Positions 47,272 to 62,582 of a DNA stretch of 64,000 nucleotides are shown here, in pieces. Under the pieces are notes generated by a model. The model saw only the letters and a program-made list of their open reading frames with translations, made no database searches and was not told the DNA's origin. The DNA is from Octopus vulgaris (Eukaryota): positions 143,902,001 to 143,966,000 of the forward strand of contig OX597816.1 in the NCBI GenBank assembly GCA_951406725.2, written 5' to 3'. The position numbers were made by a program, and so were the translations under genes. Position 1 is the stretch's first letter, and each line of letters starts with the position of its first letter.

Positions 47272-47782
47272 ATGAAAAGGAGTACTGAGTGAATGTCGCA
47301 GTGAAAACTTCAATAAAGTGTAAACACAATAGACCCGATATAATGATTTGGGTTGAGAATAGAAACTGTGTACAGTTGTGGAAATTTGCTGCCTAGCGGA
47401 TGTTAGCATGAAGCTGAAGATCAGTGAAGAAAATACCTACGCTGAAGTATTGAGAAATCTGCAGTCACTCTATTCAAATTACAAGTTAAGGTTTACACGT
47501 GTAATTATCGGGGCACTAGTATATATGTAACACACTGGCAAAATACAATCTTGGGAAATTAGGCTTCTTAAAACCAGAAAGGAAAAAGCTAATTCGAAGA
47601 TTACAGACCCAATCCATCACTGTAATTGTACCGATCTGTAAAACTTTCCAGAAGTTTATCATTTAAGTAAATATGAGTATGTCTAGATATGTAAGTATAT
47701 GCATGAGGAGATATACATAAAACAAAAGATACAAATCTGCACGTGTACATACATACATACATACATACAGGACAATATTTAA

Positions 47783-47819
<37 letters not shown>

Positions 47820-47852
47820 TATATAATTATGCATGGGTATGTATGTATATAT

Positions 47853-47909
<57 letters not shown>

Positions 47910-48997
47910 TGTTAGTTAAACAATAGACAGTATTGATTCAATACAAATATAACAGACTTAATATTGTTTCTCTAAACATAAAAACAAAAGTCATGTACTC
48001 TTACAGAGGACATTAGCTGCACGGCTGTGGAAAATGTCACGTCTACAGCTGTGTTGGCCATCAAACACATAGCTACTGATGCAATATACTTCATAACCAC
48101 ATACCACACTGTACACTAACTTTCAAGTGTTGAGTTTTGTTTAAACTAAGCATAGTAAAGTCTGATCGGCATCCAACAAATTTAGAATTTCTTCATTTGA
48201 CCCATTGACTGGGAATGTACTACTGCACATACTTTTACGGATCCTCACGCGTGCATACACACACACACACGCACACACACACACACACGTACATGTACAC
48301 ATACACGAATGCATGTGCGCACTTATGCACACACTCTCACACGTATACAGGACCACCGATATTTGATGCTGCCTTGTCGTGTTGAAGTCACTGAGTTAGT
48401 GCAGTACCAATAAAGATATTTCGGGAGAATGTCAGCCTAGGAGAATTCTTCCGTTTCCAAGTTATGAAAGAGATTCTATTACAACGCCAAGAAACGTTAC
48501 TTATGCTAAGACAAGCCATATTAACGAAATGACAGCGCAGTACTTTGAATACCAATAAACTTAGAGTTTTATGAGGGTCATTAATTGATACGTGGGTGTG
48601 TTTATGTGTGCATGTATGTGCTTGAGTGTGAGTGTACACACACGCGCATGCACACACACACGCACACACACACACAACACATATGCATACACACAAACAC
48701 ACATGTATGTATATGTTTCTCGTCTTCTGCATAAGATAAATATAATACTATACTTTGACAATTGCGTGGACTGAGATCCCTGTTCACACTTCACCGGAAT
48801 GTGATTGTAGCTACTTAAGTCTACTAATTTGGGCGGTAAAGAGTTGTGGTGTCGCTCTGGTGTTGTAGTTAGTTTAGTTATACGATATACAGCAGAGGCA
48901 ACGTTCGAATTACGCAGTCAATGTTGTGTAGCCTTTAGCACAGTCGACGTGGCGTTCACATCCTGCACGACTACGTTACAACTTTCTGAGTTTTCTA

Positions 48998-49110
<113 letters not shown>

Positions 49111-49164
49111 GCAACAACGTGAGTATAGGTAATATGTCCAGACAGGTATGTCTATAAATTGTCT

Positions 49165-49650
49165 CACTTCCTCCTGTGCTCTCGAACACATTTGCAACAA
49201 ACTGACGCAGCGGTTTCTCCTGTCATGTCAGTTATGCATGCTCTGCGCCATGTAGTTTTCGGCCTTCCTCTCCTTTTTCCATGCTGTCGTGTCCCATTTG
49301 AAAGCTAATTTTGAAAGGCATTGTTCAAGTAGCCGGAGTATGTGACCTGCTAGTTTTAATCTTCAGTCTGTTATGATTTCGTTTCGCTTTAGAATATCTT
49401 CATTGGTTATGTCGTCTTGCCAGTACGTTCTCAGAATGCTTCCCAAACGTCTTTGGTGGAACACATCTAATTTTCTGTCGATTTTCGTGGTACACTTTCA
49501 TGTTTTACAGGCATAGAAACTGTTGGTAGATCTTACAGCGCAAGATCTTTGTGTGCAGGCCAACGGAATCGGTATTTTCTGGAATACGGCCGCGGCTTTT
49601 CCAATTCCATGTTTGATGTTAGTTCCAATATTGCCGTTGTTACTAAGTGA
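49165..49650 (-). pseudogene. RTE-like LINE 3' relic
   Basis: Manual translation gives GIGKAAAVF, WQDDITNEDIL and AGHILR. Confidence 0.55.
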
Positions 49651-50192
49651 ATCTGTCTACTGCCTCGATATTCTAGTGATTTAATCTTTATGATCGTCGG
49701 TCATCGTTTGTACTGTTCAGTCTTCTCCACATTGATTCTAGGACTAATCTTTCCAACGTTCGGTCCTAGTTTCAAATTTTGGTTCAAGACCAGAAATTTT
49801 GGAGGTGAGTTTAAGTCGATACATCGACCCCAGTACTCAGCTGGTACTTATTTTATCGACCTTGTGTCACATATTAAATGTTATGCATAGAAAGTGGTTG
49901 TATTGCTTTAATACCAGTACTTTACTGAAACTGATAATTTTTCTATTACATGCCATTATTTCAGTTAACAATTAAATTAGGCCTACAATTGCATAAATCT
50001 GTCCAACCCTAATAAGTAAATTTAATCAGCAAAATATTTTATTAGGGCAGAGTCAATACTGACGTAATCAAACACCAACTGCATAGAATTAAAAACGCAA
50101 TTAGTAGATTATTTTCTGAATTAACTATTACAAAACATTGTTGTCAGCAGTGTATCATCCTTGTAAAATAGTCCTTCAAAGGCGGTTACGAA

Positions 50193-50282
<90 letters not shown>

Positions 50283-52179
50283 AATTCGCTTGCTCCATTC
50301 ATTATTTTAACAGATATGACGCCTGTTTTTTCGTTGCTTTTGTGCAGAAATTTAAAAAAATCCATCTGTTTTGCAATTGAGGTATGAAATCACTTTGTAG
50401 ATGCTTGCTGGTCGTACGTTTTTATTCATTTAGCGGCATAACTTTCTAATTTTGTAGGAATTTAAGTATTACTAACTCAGTACTTAAAATATGTTTTAAA
50501 AAGTTGACTTAAAGCTAATGTTAACAGAAATGAGTCGACTAACAAGTGATTTAACTAGTTTTGTAATTTGATGTAGAATGACAATTTTTGTGTTCAGTAA
50601 TAAAAATACAATCCGTCTTAAGTTTGTACTGCAAAAGAATTTGCTAATACTTAAAAAAAATATTTTTAGTGAAGAGGAAAAATTTTTTCTTCACTCAATT
50701 TACAGCTATTATAGAGGCTTGATTTACCAGTAGAACCTTCTACATTTACGAGAATTTATGAGATTGTAAAGCTACGATTTATCTATTCAATACCAATTAA
50801 TTTTCCTGCTATTAAATAAGCCCGTGCACCTAAAACCTAATGATTCCATTTTTTTAATATTCAACGAATAGCTTCTTTTATACAAATTGTGCGCTGTAAA
50901 AATGTTTAACCAAAATTTCTTAAAGAATATAAATAAATAAACATGTTAAATATGTTACATATCACATGTCAAGTTAATATTGGCACCGTTGGTTACTTCG
51001 ATTAAAGATATTCTATATGCGGTCCATACAAAAAGAAATTAAAGGAAGGATGTTATTTTTACGAAAATACATTTGCATGATAAAATTTCATCACCCATTT
51101 ATTTTCAAAGTTTGAACTACTCTTATAGAAGTATGATTTAATTATAGATATTCTTTTAAATTAGTATTATTGCAAATGCTGTAGGTTTGGTTGTGAAATC
51201 ACGAGCTTTATTTTAAGTGTTTGACCACATGGGTGGGTGTGGAGGATTTTGCAGTCTGATATTGTCTTTTCAATGCACACTAGAATGTTTGAAACTGTAT
51301 GTAGTTTAGGAAATTATAGATGGCTTGGTTTAGAAGCATAAATCTGCCAGTCGATGACCTGGTGGAGTTTCTTCGAGAAGAAACTGAATTTAAGCAACAA
51401 GTGAACTCTAAAGAAGAGGACTAAAATATAAAAGAGGTATATCAGGACTGCAGAAGTTGTGTGTGTGTTTCTGCTGTGAACTCACACTGAGAAAACGCAT
51501 CACCTTATCCTGAAGGATGCTGGGTAAGGTATAAAAAAAAAGGTTGCAATTCTTTTGAACTACCCAAATCAGAAGAACAATCTGCTACGATCAGTTGTGA
51601 AAATTCTTTTTAAAAAATGGTCCAAGGACCTTCTATTGTTTCTTCTTCTATAGCAGATGGTCTTTATGATCTCTTGTAAAAGAAAGCAGATTTCCTATCG
51701 GATTCTTTACTTTTTTTCAATAATTTTCTTCTCAGTTCAATACTCCACCCCACCACACCTTGCTGTCTCTTCGTTTTGGCTGAACCACCTGCCAGTATCA
51801 AGTAAGAAATTGTGCGATTTTGTAATTGCTAATTTGTAACTTTTCATTGTTCATTTGAAAGCGTTTTAAAAACAAACCTAAGTATTACAAAAGCAATAGC
51901 CTATTAGAGGAGTTCGAGACAACTATAAAAATTAGAAATCGATTTCCCCAAAGTATCACAATATTTTAAAAAACATCTTTGAGAACTGGAAAAGTCCTGA
52001 CATTAAAAACATCCAAAACTATTACCATTTAACATACTGTACTCTCAAGTACTATCTTGTCCTCTAACACCATCAGCTTACACTCAAAGATCTGGCTCCA
52101 TAATAGCATAGTTCTACCAACAGTTTTCTTTGTTAGTGAGATATGGAATAGCATCGTGAAAATAGACAACAAGCTAGAT

Positions 52180-52540
52180 GTTATCCATCAAAGATGCTTG
52201 AGGAGGTTTCTGAGAACGTACTAGCAAGACCATGTAACCAATGAAGACGTTCCAGAAAAGACGACTCAAGACCGATTAGCGAAATCATCACGAAACAAAG
52301 ATTGGAACTAGGTGGTCGTATACTTCGGTTACCAGAACAACGCCGTTCTAAAACAACTTTTAAATGGACACCACCAAAAGACAAAAAAGAGAGATGAAAC
52401 CGAAAACTACATTGCACAGAACATTCATAACCGACATAAGAAAGGCTAATATTGTATAGGCGGATTTAGAGAAAACTGATTCACCTGAAGCTATTGGCGT
52501 CATCTTGCCGGCAATGCGCTCGAGAGCACAAGAACTGATA
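52180..52540 (+). pseudogene. RTE-like LINE 3' relic
   Basis: GGRILRLPEQRRSKTTFKWTPPK..R.KPKTT motif typical of LINE RT C-termini. Confidence 0.55.
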
Positions 52541-52699
52541 CTATCAAGTCACGGCCTTCTTCAACACACTATTCAGTAACTTACATTAAGTGGTAGGACA
52601 CAAATGATCTTCAAGAAAAGACCCACAAATTTCCCGTTATCACCCCGTCACCTGTCTGCCTGTAATCTATAAACCGCTTTCCAAAATAATATTAACACT

Positions 52700-53530
52700 G
52701 TATTTCAAAATTTACATCAAAACAATATAATAGAAGGGAAATATAACAATCGACTAGTTCATTATTAATAAGATGATACTTAATGATACCAATGTACGAT
52801 AAAAGAAATTCTCGCTTGCATGGATCGATTCCATAAAGGTTTATATAGTGACTGACTTATAAAAATACAAGGACAAATTTGGCGACATGCAGTTGAATGT
52901 CTTTAAAACAACAATGAAGAGATGGAAGCTAACTCTTACAATCACCAACGACTTCATGAATATACGCTCCGGACTCACAGGGTTAGCTACTAGAATATTC
53001 CAAGAGACAGTACATCTGGGCTTCTCTTTATCTTATACTTATTACATTCAAGTTGGCTCATTCAAATAGTTAATTTAGGATATTATATAGGGAAGAGAGG
53101 AGTGGGCTCTTCTAGTATTTCTTCTTAGTGACTGATCTACTCTTGAGCACCGCAAACAGTTCTGCAGTTTCCTCAGTATTGTCAAGCAGTTTAACGAGCA
53201 GAAGAAATGACAATGAGCGAAGCAGATTTGTTAGTGGAACTGATGATTTGAGACTCCAGGAGTGGGTGGTAATAAAGGAACTGAAACTGTTCACATTCTA
53301 CAAATATTTGAACTTAGCTGCTTGTAAAATCAATACCAATAATTCCCTCTTGCCAGCAGCACATTTTCTGTATCAGTTATATCATCATAGGTCTATGGTA
53401 TCTGACTGGAACGTAGCGGAGCTAAATTCCGTAGACTAGGATACGAGAAAACTATTAAAGAAAACTCCTCCTAATGTATAATAATCTAGCAGCCACGACT
53501 GTACATATCTAGAAGAGAGGGACAAAGTAA
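52700..53530 (+). pseudogene. R4/Dong-like RT relic
   Basis: LAWID..K, IFQ-DS.S.LLF, W..AELNSVD..TRKLL and RLYISRREG remnants. Confidence 0.5.
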
Positions 53531-54752
53531 ACTAAAGAGATAGTAAGTGGAAATGGGGTGGTACGCAGGGACACGGAAGTTCCACTAATTTTGAGTGCAG
53601 AAGTTGAGCGCTTAGACCTTAACATACCCCTGGTTCCTGCTCAAGGAACCAGGTAGTCATTAGTCATTTTAGTAGGCAGTCATTAATGTTATCCACTATC
53701 TTTCCAACTCAACAAGAAGGCTCTTTACATGCTTTGCTTATTATAACAAAAAGGGTAGCAAATTGATTATATCCGCTGCAACAAAATTTTCACAAGTGTT
53801 AGTTTAGGCTTCCAGCAGTTAAATTCTGAAAATGAAGCGACATCATAACAGACATACTTTGTATTTGTAAGACCCCCAAACTCATGGTATGGCGCCTCAC
53901 AGCATGCATCCCAGGAAATGTCGCTGTAGAGACGGGTAATTTGATAAATGATACACAAAATCGGCGACCATTAAATTTATGGTAACATTTTCACGAATTG
54001 AATGTTCGTTATATAAACGAAGAAAATATAAATTATATCGGCAGAAAGAGCCGTAGAAAGTTTCGCGACGAATTACAAGACTCAAACATTTGAACCAACA
54101 ACGTCCTTCGTTATTGATATTGTCAGTAATTTAGTTTGCGTTAAATGCGAGTTATTTTCAACAGATAATATAACACGATGAATCGAAAATATTCAAAGTA
54201 AGAAGTTGTTGTCACTGTCGATGTAGTGGCGGTGACGGCAACCGTAGTAGTTTAGTATTTCTTTACACTCAACAGCCCAACTCGTTACAGTTTCTAAAAT
54301 AAACCCGTTCCTCTTATACATCAAGTATTTACTTTTAAAGAGTCACCTATCAATTTCTATTATTAAAAGATGTTACTAAAAATAAGAGATCCTCTGGCAA
54401 ACACGTACATGCAAACACACAAACGTCATTCACACAATCATATATGTGTGGTACTTAAATGTACAGTCATGCTGGGAGACACTCAAACCCATTTTTGATT
54501 TAAACAAATATTTTTACATCTTCAAAACACAACAAATGCGCATACACTCAATCGCTGACGCACAGACTCTAACAGAAACAACAGAATGAATACAAACAGA
54601 TAGTTGCACAATTTCAACAAACACATGTAGAGAGATACACATCCTCCTTCTCTTGTAGCTATTCCATTTGCCCAAAGGCAATATGATACTTTAAAATAAT
54701 TTGAATTTTCAGAATATATATACATACATACACAAACACATACATACATACA

Positions 54753-54823
<71 letters not shown>

Positions 54824-55625
54824 TGTAAACTTAGCATTATACGCGTAAACACCCTCTTCTACAAACTAGGTGATGTTTAGCCTGTACCACAGATCCTAAA
54901 CTATTATCTGATTCTCGAAGCCTGTAAGCATTTAAGCCTCCCAAATTGTAGTTGATAACTTTTAGTCTCAAACCAAAATAATATCTTCCACCTTCGAGAC
55001 GTTTTCCTTTCTTGCCTTTGTAAATCATTTTGGTTGATAGGATAAGTGAAGCCTAGAATTTGTAGCGATGTTAGTTCAGAATGCGCGCTTTTCATGTGTT
55101 GAGAGAAAGATTATTTGAAATCTCCTACCATGGAATCATTACTTAATTAACGTGAGATGTGTTGGCTTCGTGTGTGTGATGCCTTGATACAAGATTTTAG
55201 GGAGGAATAAATAATTAGGGATAAATAAATAAATATCTGTGTAGGTGATGTACATAGAAAGAATTGCCCAGGGAACAAACTTGAACCTTGGGAACAACAG
55301 AGTTGATAGTATGGTTCAGAGAGAGCTCTATCTGTACATTCTGAAACGTTATGATACAACTGGAAGCAACCAATCTAAAAGAGTGCAGATGGGTGGGTCC
55401 CATTGGCAGGCAAATTTACTAGACTAAATTTCCTGCCAGATACAGTAAAAAATCAAAACTATGTATTACATGTTCTTGAGTTAAGGAATGATTTCTTTTA
55501 TTGCTATAAAATTACCAAAAATAGTCCTTCTGTTGGTTATATGTGTAAATTAACTTTTACAGTCTTGAACTTCATTGACAGCTAAATTATTTCACGACAA
55601 AACAACTACACCAAGAAACAATATT

Positions 55626-55680
55626 TGTCAGGTACAAGAGGAGTGTCAGGTACAAGAGGAGTGTCAGGTACAAGAGGAGG
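55626..55680. repeat. 17-bp tandem repeat x3
   Basis: TGTCAGGTACAAGAGGA(G) repeated. Confidence 0.85.
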
Positions 55681-57767
55681 GAAATGCGATGAGTGTAATG
55701 TTATTTCAAAAGTATGAACACTGCACCAAATAACATGAACATTTTTGTAAAACAGAACTACCTATAACAAGGATGGCTACATGTCACAACAGATCAACTT
55801 CTCATTAACAAAACTGTGCTATCAGAGATACAGCAGTATAAGAGGTAATTAATTACAGTTTGGTTAGATTAAAAGGAAGTGGTCAACCCTGTTCCTCAAT
55901 CGTAAATGCTAGAGACCCTTCAACTTGCTTTATTTCAAGAGACCTTTATCAGAGCCATAAATAACCTGATTTCATCCTGATTTCATCCTAGAGTCAAATA
56001 AATATAGTAATTTATTGTCGCTGATAGGATTCAGTTTGACAGGAATAAATTTCATGGAGACGATATCTCTGTGATGATGTTTATATTTCCAGCTCACCGT
56101 TTTCCTTTTTGCTGAGGAAATGTAAAGAATACACAAATTGCTCGTTGTGGACTTCTTAAGAATATGCTCAATAATATGAATAGTATGAAGACGAGCTGAG
56201 ACTGAGAGTGCCAAAATATAACTGAGTGGAATTTTGGGAGGATAAATATTTCTGCGTGACTGAAAATCGAGGGATATATACAAGCTAGTCTAGCAACATC
56301 ACTATCAATGGCTTAACTATTTTCCCGGCATCTGTAAACAATAACACAGATGAAAATAAGTGCTCAACACCGCATTGATGGATATAATTTCTTTATTTGT
56401 GAATTACAGCTACCATTGGTTTCATGTTCAGAAAAGTAGGAAAATATCCTAATGTCTTAACAATTTTTCAAGCCGATCATATGGAGAAAGGTGTTCGCCT
56501 CCATTTTGGAAAACATAATCTCGTTTAGTTTGCGAAGATTCTCGTGAATAGAAGAATGTGTAGCAATATTGTTTTCTTCATTGCTATCTTCACTGTTTGA
56601 GAAAAATATTAAGAATGATCTCGTTTGAGATTACAAACATCTTTGGCTAGTTTAACCTTGTTGTGTCCACTGATTTGATTGGTTAGCATCTAAGCGTGGT
56701 CTGTCTCAACTTATTTCGCGCCAGTGTGTAAACTGACCAATCACGGCTTTCGGATAGGACTTTTCATTTGAGCCATCTTAACTCTTTAAATAGGCTGATA
56801 TATCACGATTCACTGTCTTTTGGCTAAAGACCTTTTAAGGTCTTGGTCGGAGACCACACAGAGCTTATTCAACCATGTTCCAGTTCGAAAGGCAGACGAC
56901 AGCCAAGCCAAACATAATAGGAAGACGCTATTGTAAACCAGCGACAGACATAACGTCATCACCAACATCGTCTCCATCTACGAAGATTTCAACTTGTACA
57001 CAAGATAAATACAGATTCAACTCATGCTGTTAGTGTGAAAATCTCACCACGGAAAAACAGTTGCAGTATATATATCTGAAAGAATATCTATATCAAGAGA
57101 AAAATATGCACAACAAGTGACCCAACTAATCTCGGCTCCGAGACTCAAATCTTGTATAGAACTCATTATCGTGTACTACATGAACTGGTAAAATAACTTC
57201 ATTTAACTCAAAATGTTGAGACTTCTCTTATGCTCTGTTGTATTTGCATAAACCTTATTCTGTACTTCTGTTGCACACACGAACACACGGACACAAAAAA
57301 TATTATAAGCATGCATCCATGACACAACACTACGCTAATAATAACAAATCATTTTGTACACTGTGAATAAAATCTATCTTCTCTTTATAAAAGTAGAACG
57401 GTTTTTGGAGTCCTTATTTCATATACTTTGGCACTGTTTATAAACATGTATTATGGCTTATATAATATCATATTATATTAATTATATTATGTTATGTTGG
57501 AATGCGGCCGGACGCCGAACAAGAGGAGAAATATGTCACCGAAACTCCTCACGTACGGTCGTTTTCTAACAAATGAATTAAGAACCGTTATTTTCAGGTG
57601 GCATTTTTTGAATGTTAGTCTTCCTTGGATTTGTCTTTTAGGCAAGCTGTTTTGTGGTCAATTGGTTTACCTTATTTTGATTTTGTTCTGGAGGTAGTTC
57701 GTCGTTGGGACATATTTCTTCTGCATGTGGAGTTTGTGTGCTATGTGTGTTCAGATTTCGCGTCCAG

Positions 57768-57804
<37 letters not shown>

Positions 57805-57966
57805 ACTTATAAACAAGGACAAAAGAAAAATTATTTCCATGCCAATATGCTGATAATAGACTTTAAGTCGTCAATTTCCACATATCATTATACACTCACT
57901 ATAAATACACGTCGTGCTGAAATCAGGAAAGATGGTCAACAGAATTTAAAAAAAAAGAGTTCGTTA

Positions 57967-58025
57967 TTTCTATATTGAATCAATTTCGGGATTAATCCCA
58001 TGGATTTTTTCCTCATCAGTAGAAA
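57967..58025 (-). ncRNA. Type I hammerhead ribozyme motif
   Basis: tttcta-CTGATGA-gg...cc-GAAA-ttg att ca-ATA-tagaaa; intact core, 6-bp helix I. Confidence 0.75.
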
Positions 58026-58214
58026 ATACGATAAGAAATAAATGAAATACTTACACGCATCCATGGAAAAAAGCAGAAGCAAAAGTCATGAGTACACCTA
58101 AATATAAAATCCTTTAACTAGCCTCAGCACACGTGTGAACTATTCCAAACCACAGTTTATAGTAGTTACCAGTCCCTAAGTGAATGGTGATAAATCTACT
58201 ATTAATATAGGATG

Positions 58215-58829
58215 AAATTGTTTTCATAAAAGAATTTCATCAAAAAAAAGGAGAAACATCGGCACCCCAGGCTAAAGAAGGTCGTCTTCTCCCACGTAAG
58301 ATACTCTTGCCTGTTTGGTGGAATATGAAAAGTTTAGTCTACTTTGAACTTTTAAACCGAAACCAAATGATAACAAATGAGATCTGCTGCGAGCATCTGG
58401 AGCGCCTTAAGTCAGCACTAGAAGAAAAACGACTATCTTTGGTGTCAAGACAAAAGGTGTTCTTCAATAAGTATTATGCTCAGCAACATACAGCGAGGAT
58501 GGCATTTCAAAGGCTGGAGCAGTTTGAATGGGAAATGGTGCCACCACTCTATATTCGCTGGACATTACCCCCATCTGAATATCATTTATTCTTCAAAATC
58601 ATTTAGACAGAAAAATTATGAATTCTGTAGACTAGGTCAGGACTGTACTGGAGGAATATTTTCGTCATGGACATGTGAATTTTGGAATAGGGGCCTTGCA
58701 AGTCTACCAGATAGATGGAAGAGCATTGTAGAAAATTTAAGAGAGTATATTTTAGATTAAAAAAGAACTTTATCTTAATTTTGAAAAATAAAATTATAAA
58801 AAAAACGTATTATTTATGGGATGACCCAA
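58215..58829 (+). mobile_element. Mariner transposon 3' half (second family), degenerate
   Basis: VWWNMKSLVYFELL, QHTAR, PSEYHLF and LPDRW motifs; TIR-like end TTATTTATGGGATGACCCAA|TA. Confidence 0.8.
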
Positions 58830-59121
58830 TATATCTTCGCTGACTCCGCTTAGGGTGTCTCTCTGCTATTCCAAGAAAAGCTAAAAAAAGTAACCAAACT
58901 TTCTCACTCAAATCACATCCTACCGTCTTGAAAAACGGAAGTGCACATTATACAATCTATTCTTGGGTGTATAAAAAATGGGAACATACCATAACGGCTG
59001 AAATTGCTTCGATCATAAATTAACTCTATCGGGTTTAAGCTAGGGTTAAACAACAATGTCAACAACATTATCAAAGAGCAGAAAGCTTAACGGATAGTGA
59101 AAATCTTCGAATCAGAATATA

Positions 59122-59347
59122 TATTTCTTTACTGCCCTCAAGGGGCTAAACATAGAGGGGACAAACAAGGGCAGACAGAGGGATTAAGTCGATTACATCG
59201 ACCCAGTGCAAAACTGGTACTTTATTTATCGACTCCGAGAGGATGAAAGGCAAAGTCGACCTCGGCGGAATTTGAACTCAGAACGTAACGGCAGACGAAA
59301 TACGGCTATGCATTTCGCCCGGTGTGCTAACGATTCTGCCAGCTCGC
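59122..59347 (-). mobile_element. tRNA-derived SINE, family A (near full length)
   Basis: Same consensus as 2196-2425. Confidence 0.85.
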
Positions 59348-59781
59348 AACCAATATAGGATATAGTTTATGAACTCAACTCCAAGCGCACATGTCAACGG
59401 TGGCCCAGAACTTGATATCAGTCAACAGAAGTAACTATCCTCTATTCAAGAGTTGGACGTCAGTTCAAGTACTTCAATTATCTATCAGCACAGTTTTTGC
59501 TGCCGTTATTGTTGTTGTTGTTGTTAATGATGATGATGTAGTGGTTATCGCATTTGTTGTTATTGATAATGATGACGATGTAGTGGTTATCTCTTGTTGT
59601 TCCTGTTTTCAAGTGTTTATTCCGTTGTTATTTTCGTCGTTTTGGTAGCAGTCGTTCCCGTCGTAGATGCTGAGGTTATTTTCGTTTGGTCGTAAGGAAC
59701 AAGAAGAGGAGGAGAAGGGAAGAAGAAGAAGAAGAAGAAGAAGAAGAAGAAGAAGAAGAAAAACAACAAGAACTACTACTT

Positions 59782-59812
<31 letters not shown>

Positions 59813-59824
59813 AGCAACAGCAGT

Positions 59825-60190
59825 GGAGGCGCAATGGCCCAATGGTTAGGGCAGTGGACTCGCGGTCGGAGGATCGCGGTTTCGATTCCCAGACCGGGCG
59901 TTGTGTATGTTTATTGAGCGAAAACACCTAAAGCTCCACGATGCTCCGGCAGGGGGTGGTGGCGACACCTGTTGTACTCTTTCGCTGCAACTTTCTCTCA
60001 CTCTTTCTTCCTGTTTCTTATCCCCGACTTCCTACGCAACCGCTGAGCCTGGATGCACATTCATCCATCCGTCGATGCTCTCGGTGTCGGGGTTGACCTG
60101 CTTTCTCTTCTGCGGGTCTTACGAACAGCAAAGGACCACGTTTCGGACTTCTCCCACTCTGGGACGAAGACCGCTTCGCTCAACAAACAA
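59825..60190 (+). mobile_element. tRNA-derived SINE, family D
   Basis: Homologous to 17070-17345; (CAAA)n tail. Confidence 0.8.
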
Positions 60191-61880
60191 ACAAACAAAC
60201 AGCAACAGCAATAGCAGCAGCAACAACAACGACGAATTCAACAGCGGCGGTGGCGGCGGCAGCGCTGACGATGATGACAACGTCATCAACAACGACCGAT
60301 TCCTATGTTTGATAGTTTTGAGACTATAGCGATTAATATCATGTCACAGATGAAAATGAACTGGTAGGACCTAAACACCTCGTTTTGACACATCTATCAG
60401 AAAATTCTGTCACGATGATGTTAATTTTTACAGACGTACTGCTTATATCAATAAACTCATACATTTCTAATGGACCTATAAGAATACAGTTGGACTGAGC
60501 TAGTGAGAGTTCAGCATCCTTAACTTCATTTACTTAGCGGAAGTCGTTGTTCTGATGTTTTTGATTGATGGTTTTACTGTTAATATTACTGGATGATTTT
60601 TTTTTTTTTTTGTGGCTTAGTCAGTTTTGCTCCTGACCTCCGCAGTCTCTCTACAGTGTTTAGTTCAGATCTTGGATAGTTAGACGCAATATGGTATACG
60701 AAAGAAGAGAAAATGTGTGTATTGGAAGTGCCCTAGTGGACCTCGTATGCAACTATCTGGTTCAGAGAAGCAGAAGCCGTTGTAACAGCAAAAAAATAGC
60801 AGAGTGAGAAGACAACAAAGTATGTAGTTGAGTGAGACTTTGATAATGTCTAGGATTTTGAGTTTAACAACAACACCGTCCTCCACGTGGGACTAATATT
60901 CAATTATGCACCTTCATTGAATTTTGTAGAGGGTCAGCACTTGATAAGAACTGAAGAATTTTCTTGCTCTTAGAATTCAGCCGAGTCTTCTGGACAGAGT
61001 TTTAGCTATGTAATATATGTAGGAACTTCGGAAAAAGCCCTTAGAGATTATGAGGCCGAAAAATTGTGCCACTTTTGAGGATTGTAAATGTTTGTTGCTC
61101 AAGATTAACGAAGGTGAGATGTGATATAGACAGAGTAACCTATAGCTTATCTTGGGCAGCCCTCAGCTGGTCAGAACACAGCCGATTTCTTCCTGTAAGA
61201 ATGAGAGAAGTGACAACCTCAGCTCGGGACCAGTAATTTATTTCTCGAAATACAAAATTGACTTCGGATGGATTTTAACTAACATCGCAGAAAGCCGGAA
61301 TGAATATCACAAGGCTTTCTTTCTGATATTCTGACAATTCTACCAATTCGTCATCGATAATCCTTTATAGATTGTACAAAAATACGCTAGACTTGTTGTA
61401 GCTGGAACAACTTTCATCGAAATCTACTTGATTGGAGCTGTTTTAGGAAATAGAAAAATACAGCAACAAAAGGGAGTTAACAGTTACATAAATAACATTA
61501 GCCACAAACTGAACATTATCAGCAAACAACAGCAACGTCATCAACGACGGCGACGATGACGATACGACCCCGATGACGAGAAGGACAGCAACAAAAGGAC
61601 GTTAGCATTAACATTTTTAACAACATCAGTCAATTGAATGTTATCAGCAACAACAATAACAACTACAAGTAGGGCATTATCAATATCAGCACGGATACTG
61701 TGGCTGGTAAACGACATGGAAAAGGACATGAACGCCCGTCGCACGTCAAGGTCGTTAGTACCAGTATAATGATCACCGTCATCAACATCAAGACCAGCGT
61801 CAATCACAAACATTCTCAGGGTTATCGACTTATTTACCTACTTACCACCTACTTACATGTCATCATCAGGATCACGACTA

Positions 61881-61952
<72 letters not shown>

Positions 61953-61959
61953 CACTCTT

Positions 61960-62371
61960 TACTCTTTACTCTTTTACTTGTTTCAGTCATTCGACTGCGG
62001 CCATGCTGGAGCACCACCTTTAATCGAGCAACTCGACCCGGGACTTATTCTTTGTAAGCCCAGTACTTATGCTATCGGTCTCTTTTGCCGAACCGCTAAG
62101 TGACGGGGACATAAACACACCAGCATCGGTTGTCAAGCAATGCTAGGGGGACAAACACAGACACACAAACACACACGCACATATATATATATTTATATAC
62201 ATATATACGACGGGCTTCTTTCAGTTTCCGTCTACCAAATCCACTCACAAGGCTTTGGTCGGCCCGAGGCTATAGTAGAAAACACTTGCCCAAGGTGCCA
62301 CGCAGTGGGACTGAACCCGGACCCATGTGGTTGGTAAGCAAGCTACTTACCACACAGCCACTCCTGCGCCT
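61960..62371 (-). mobile_element. tRNA-derived SINE, family C
   Basis: Reverse complement similar to 43861-44160; embedded in a (TAC)n tract. Confidence 0.8.
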
Positions 62372-62389
62372 ACTGATATTGATAATGCC

Positions 62390-62451
<62 letters not shown>

Positions 62452-62467
62452 CTTGCTGCTGCTACTG

Positions 62468-62537
<70 letters not shown>

Positions 62538-62582
62538 TAATAATAATGATGATGATGATGATGATGATGATGATAATGACGA

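Noticed and set aside
53234-53298. CTGATGA...GAAACTGTT
   Set aside because: No helix I or II pairing; likely chance.
53560-54000. Possible hAT transposase C-terminal remnant
   Set aside because: Weak resemblance only.
55330-56300. Possible piggyBac relic (GCFQLYH and VSWK motifs on the minus strand)
   Set aside because: Only two short motifs, with no TIRs or TTAA ends identified.
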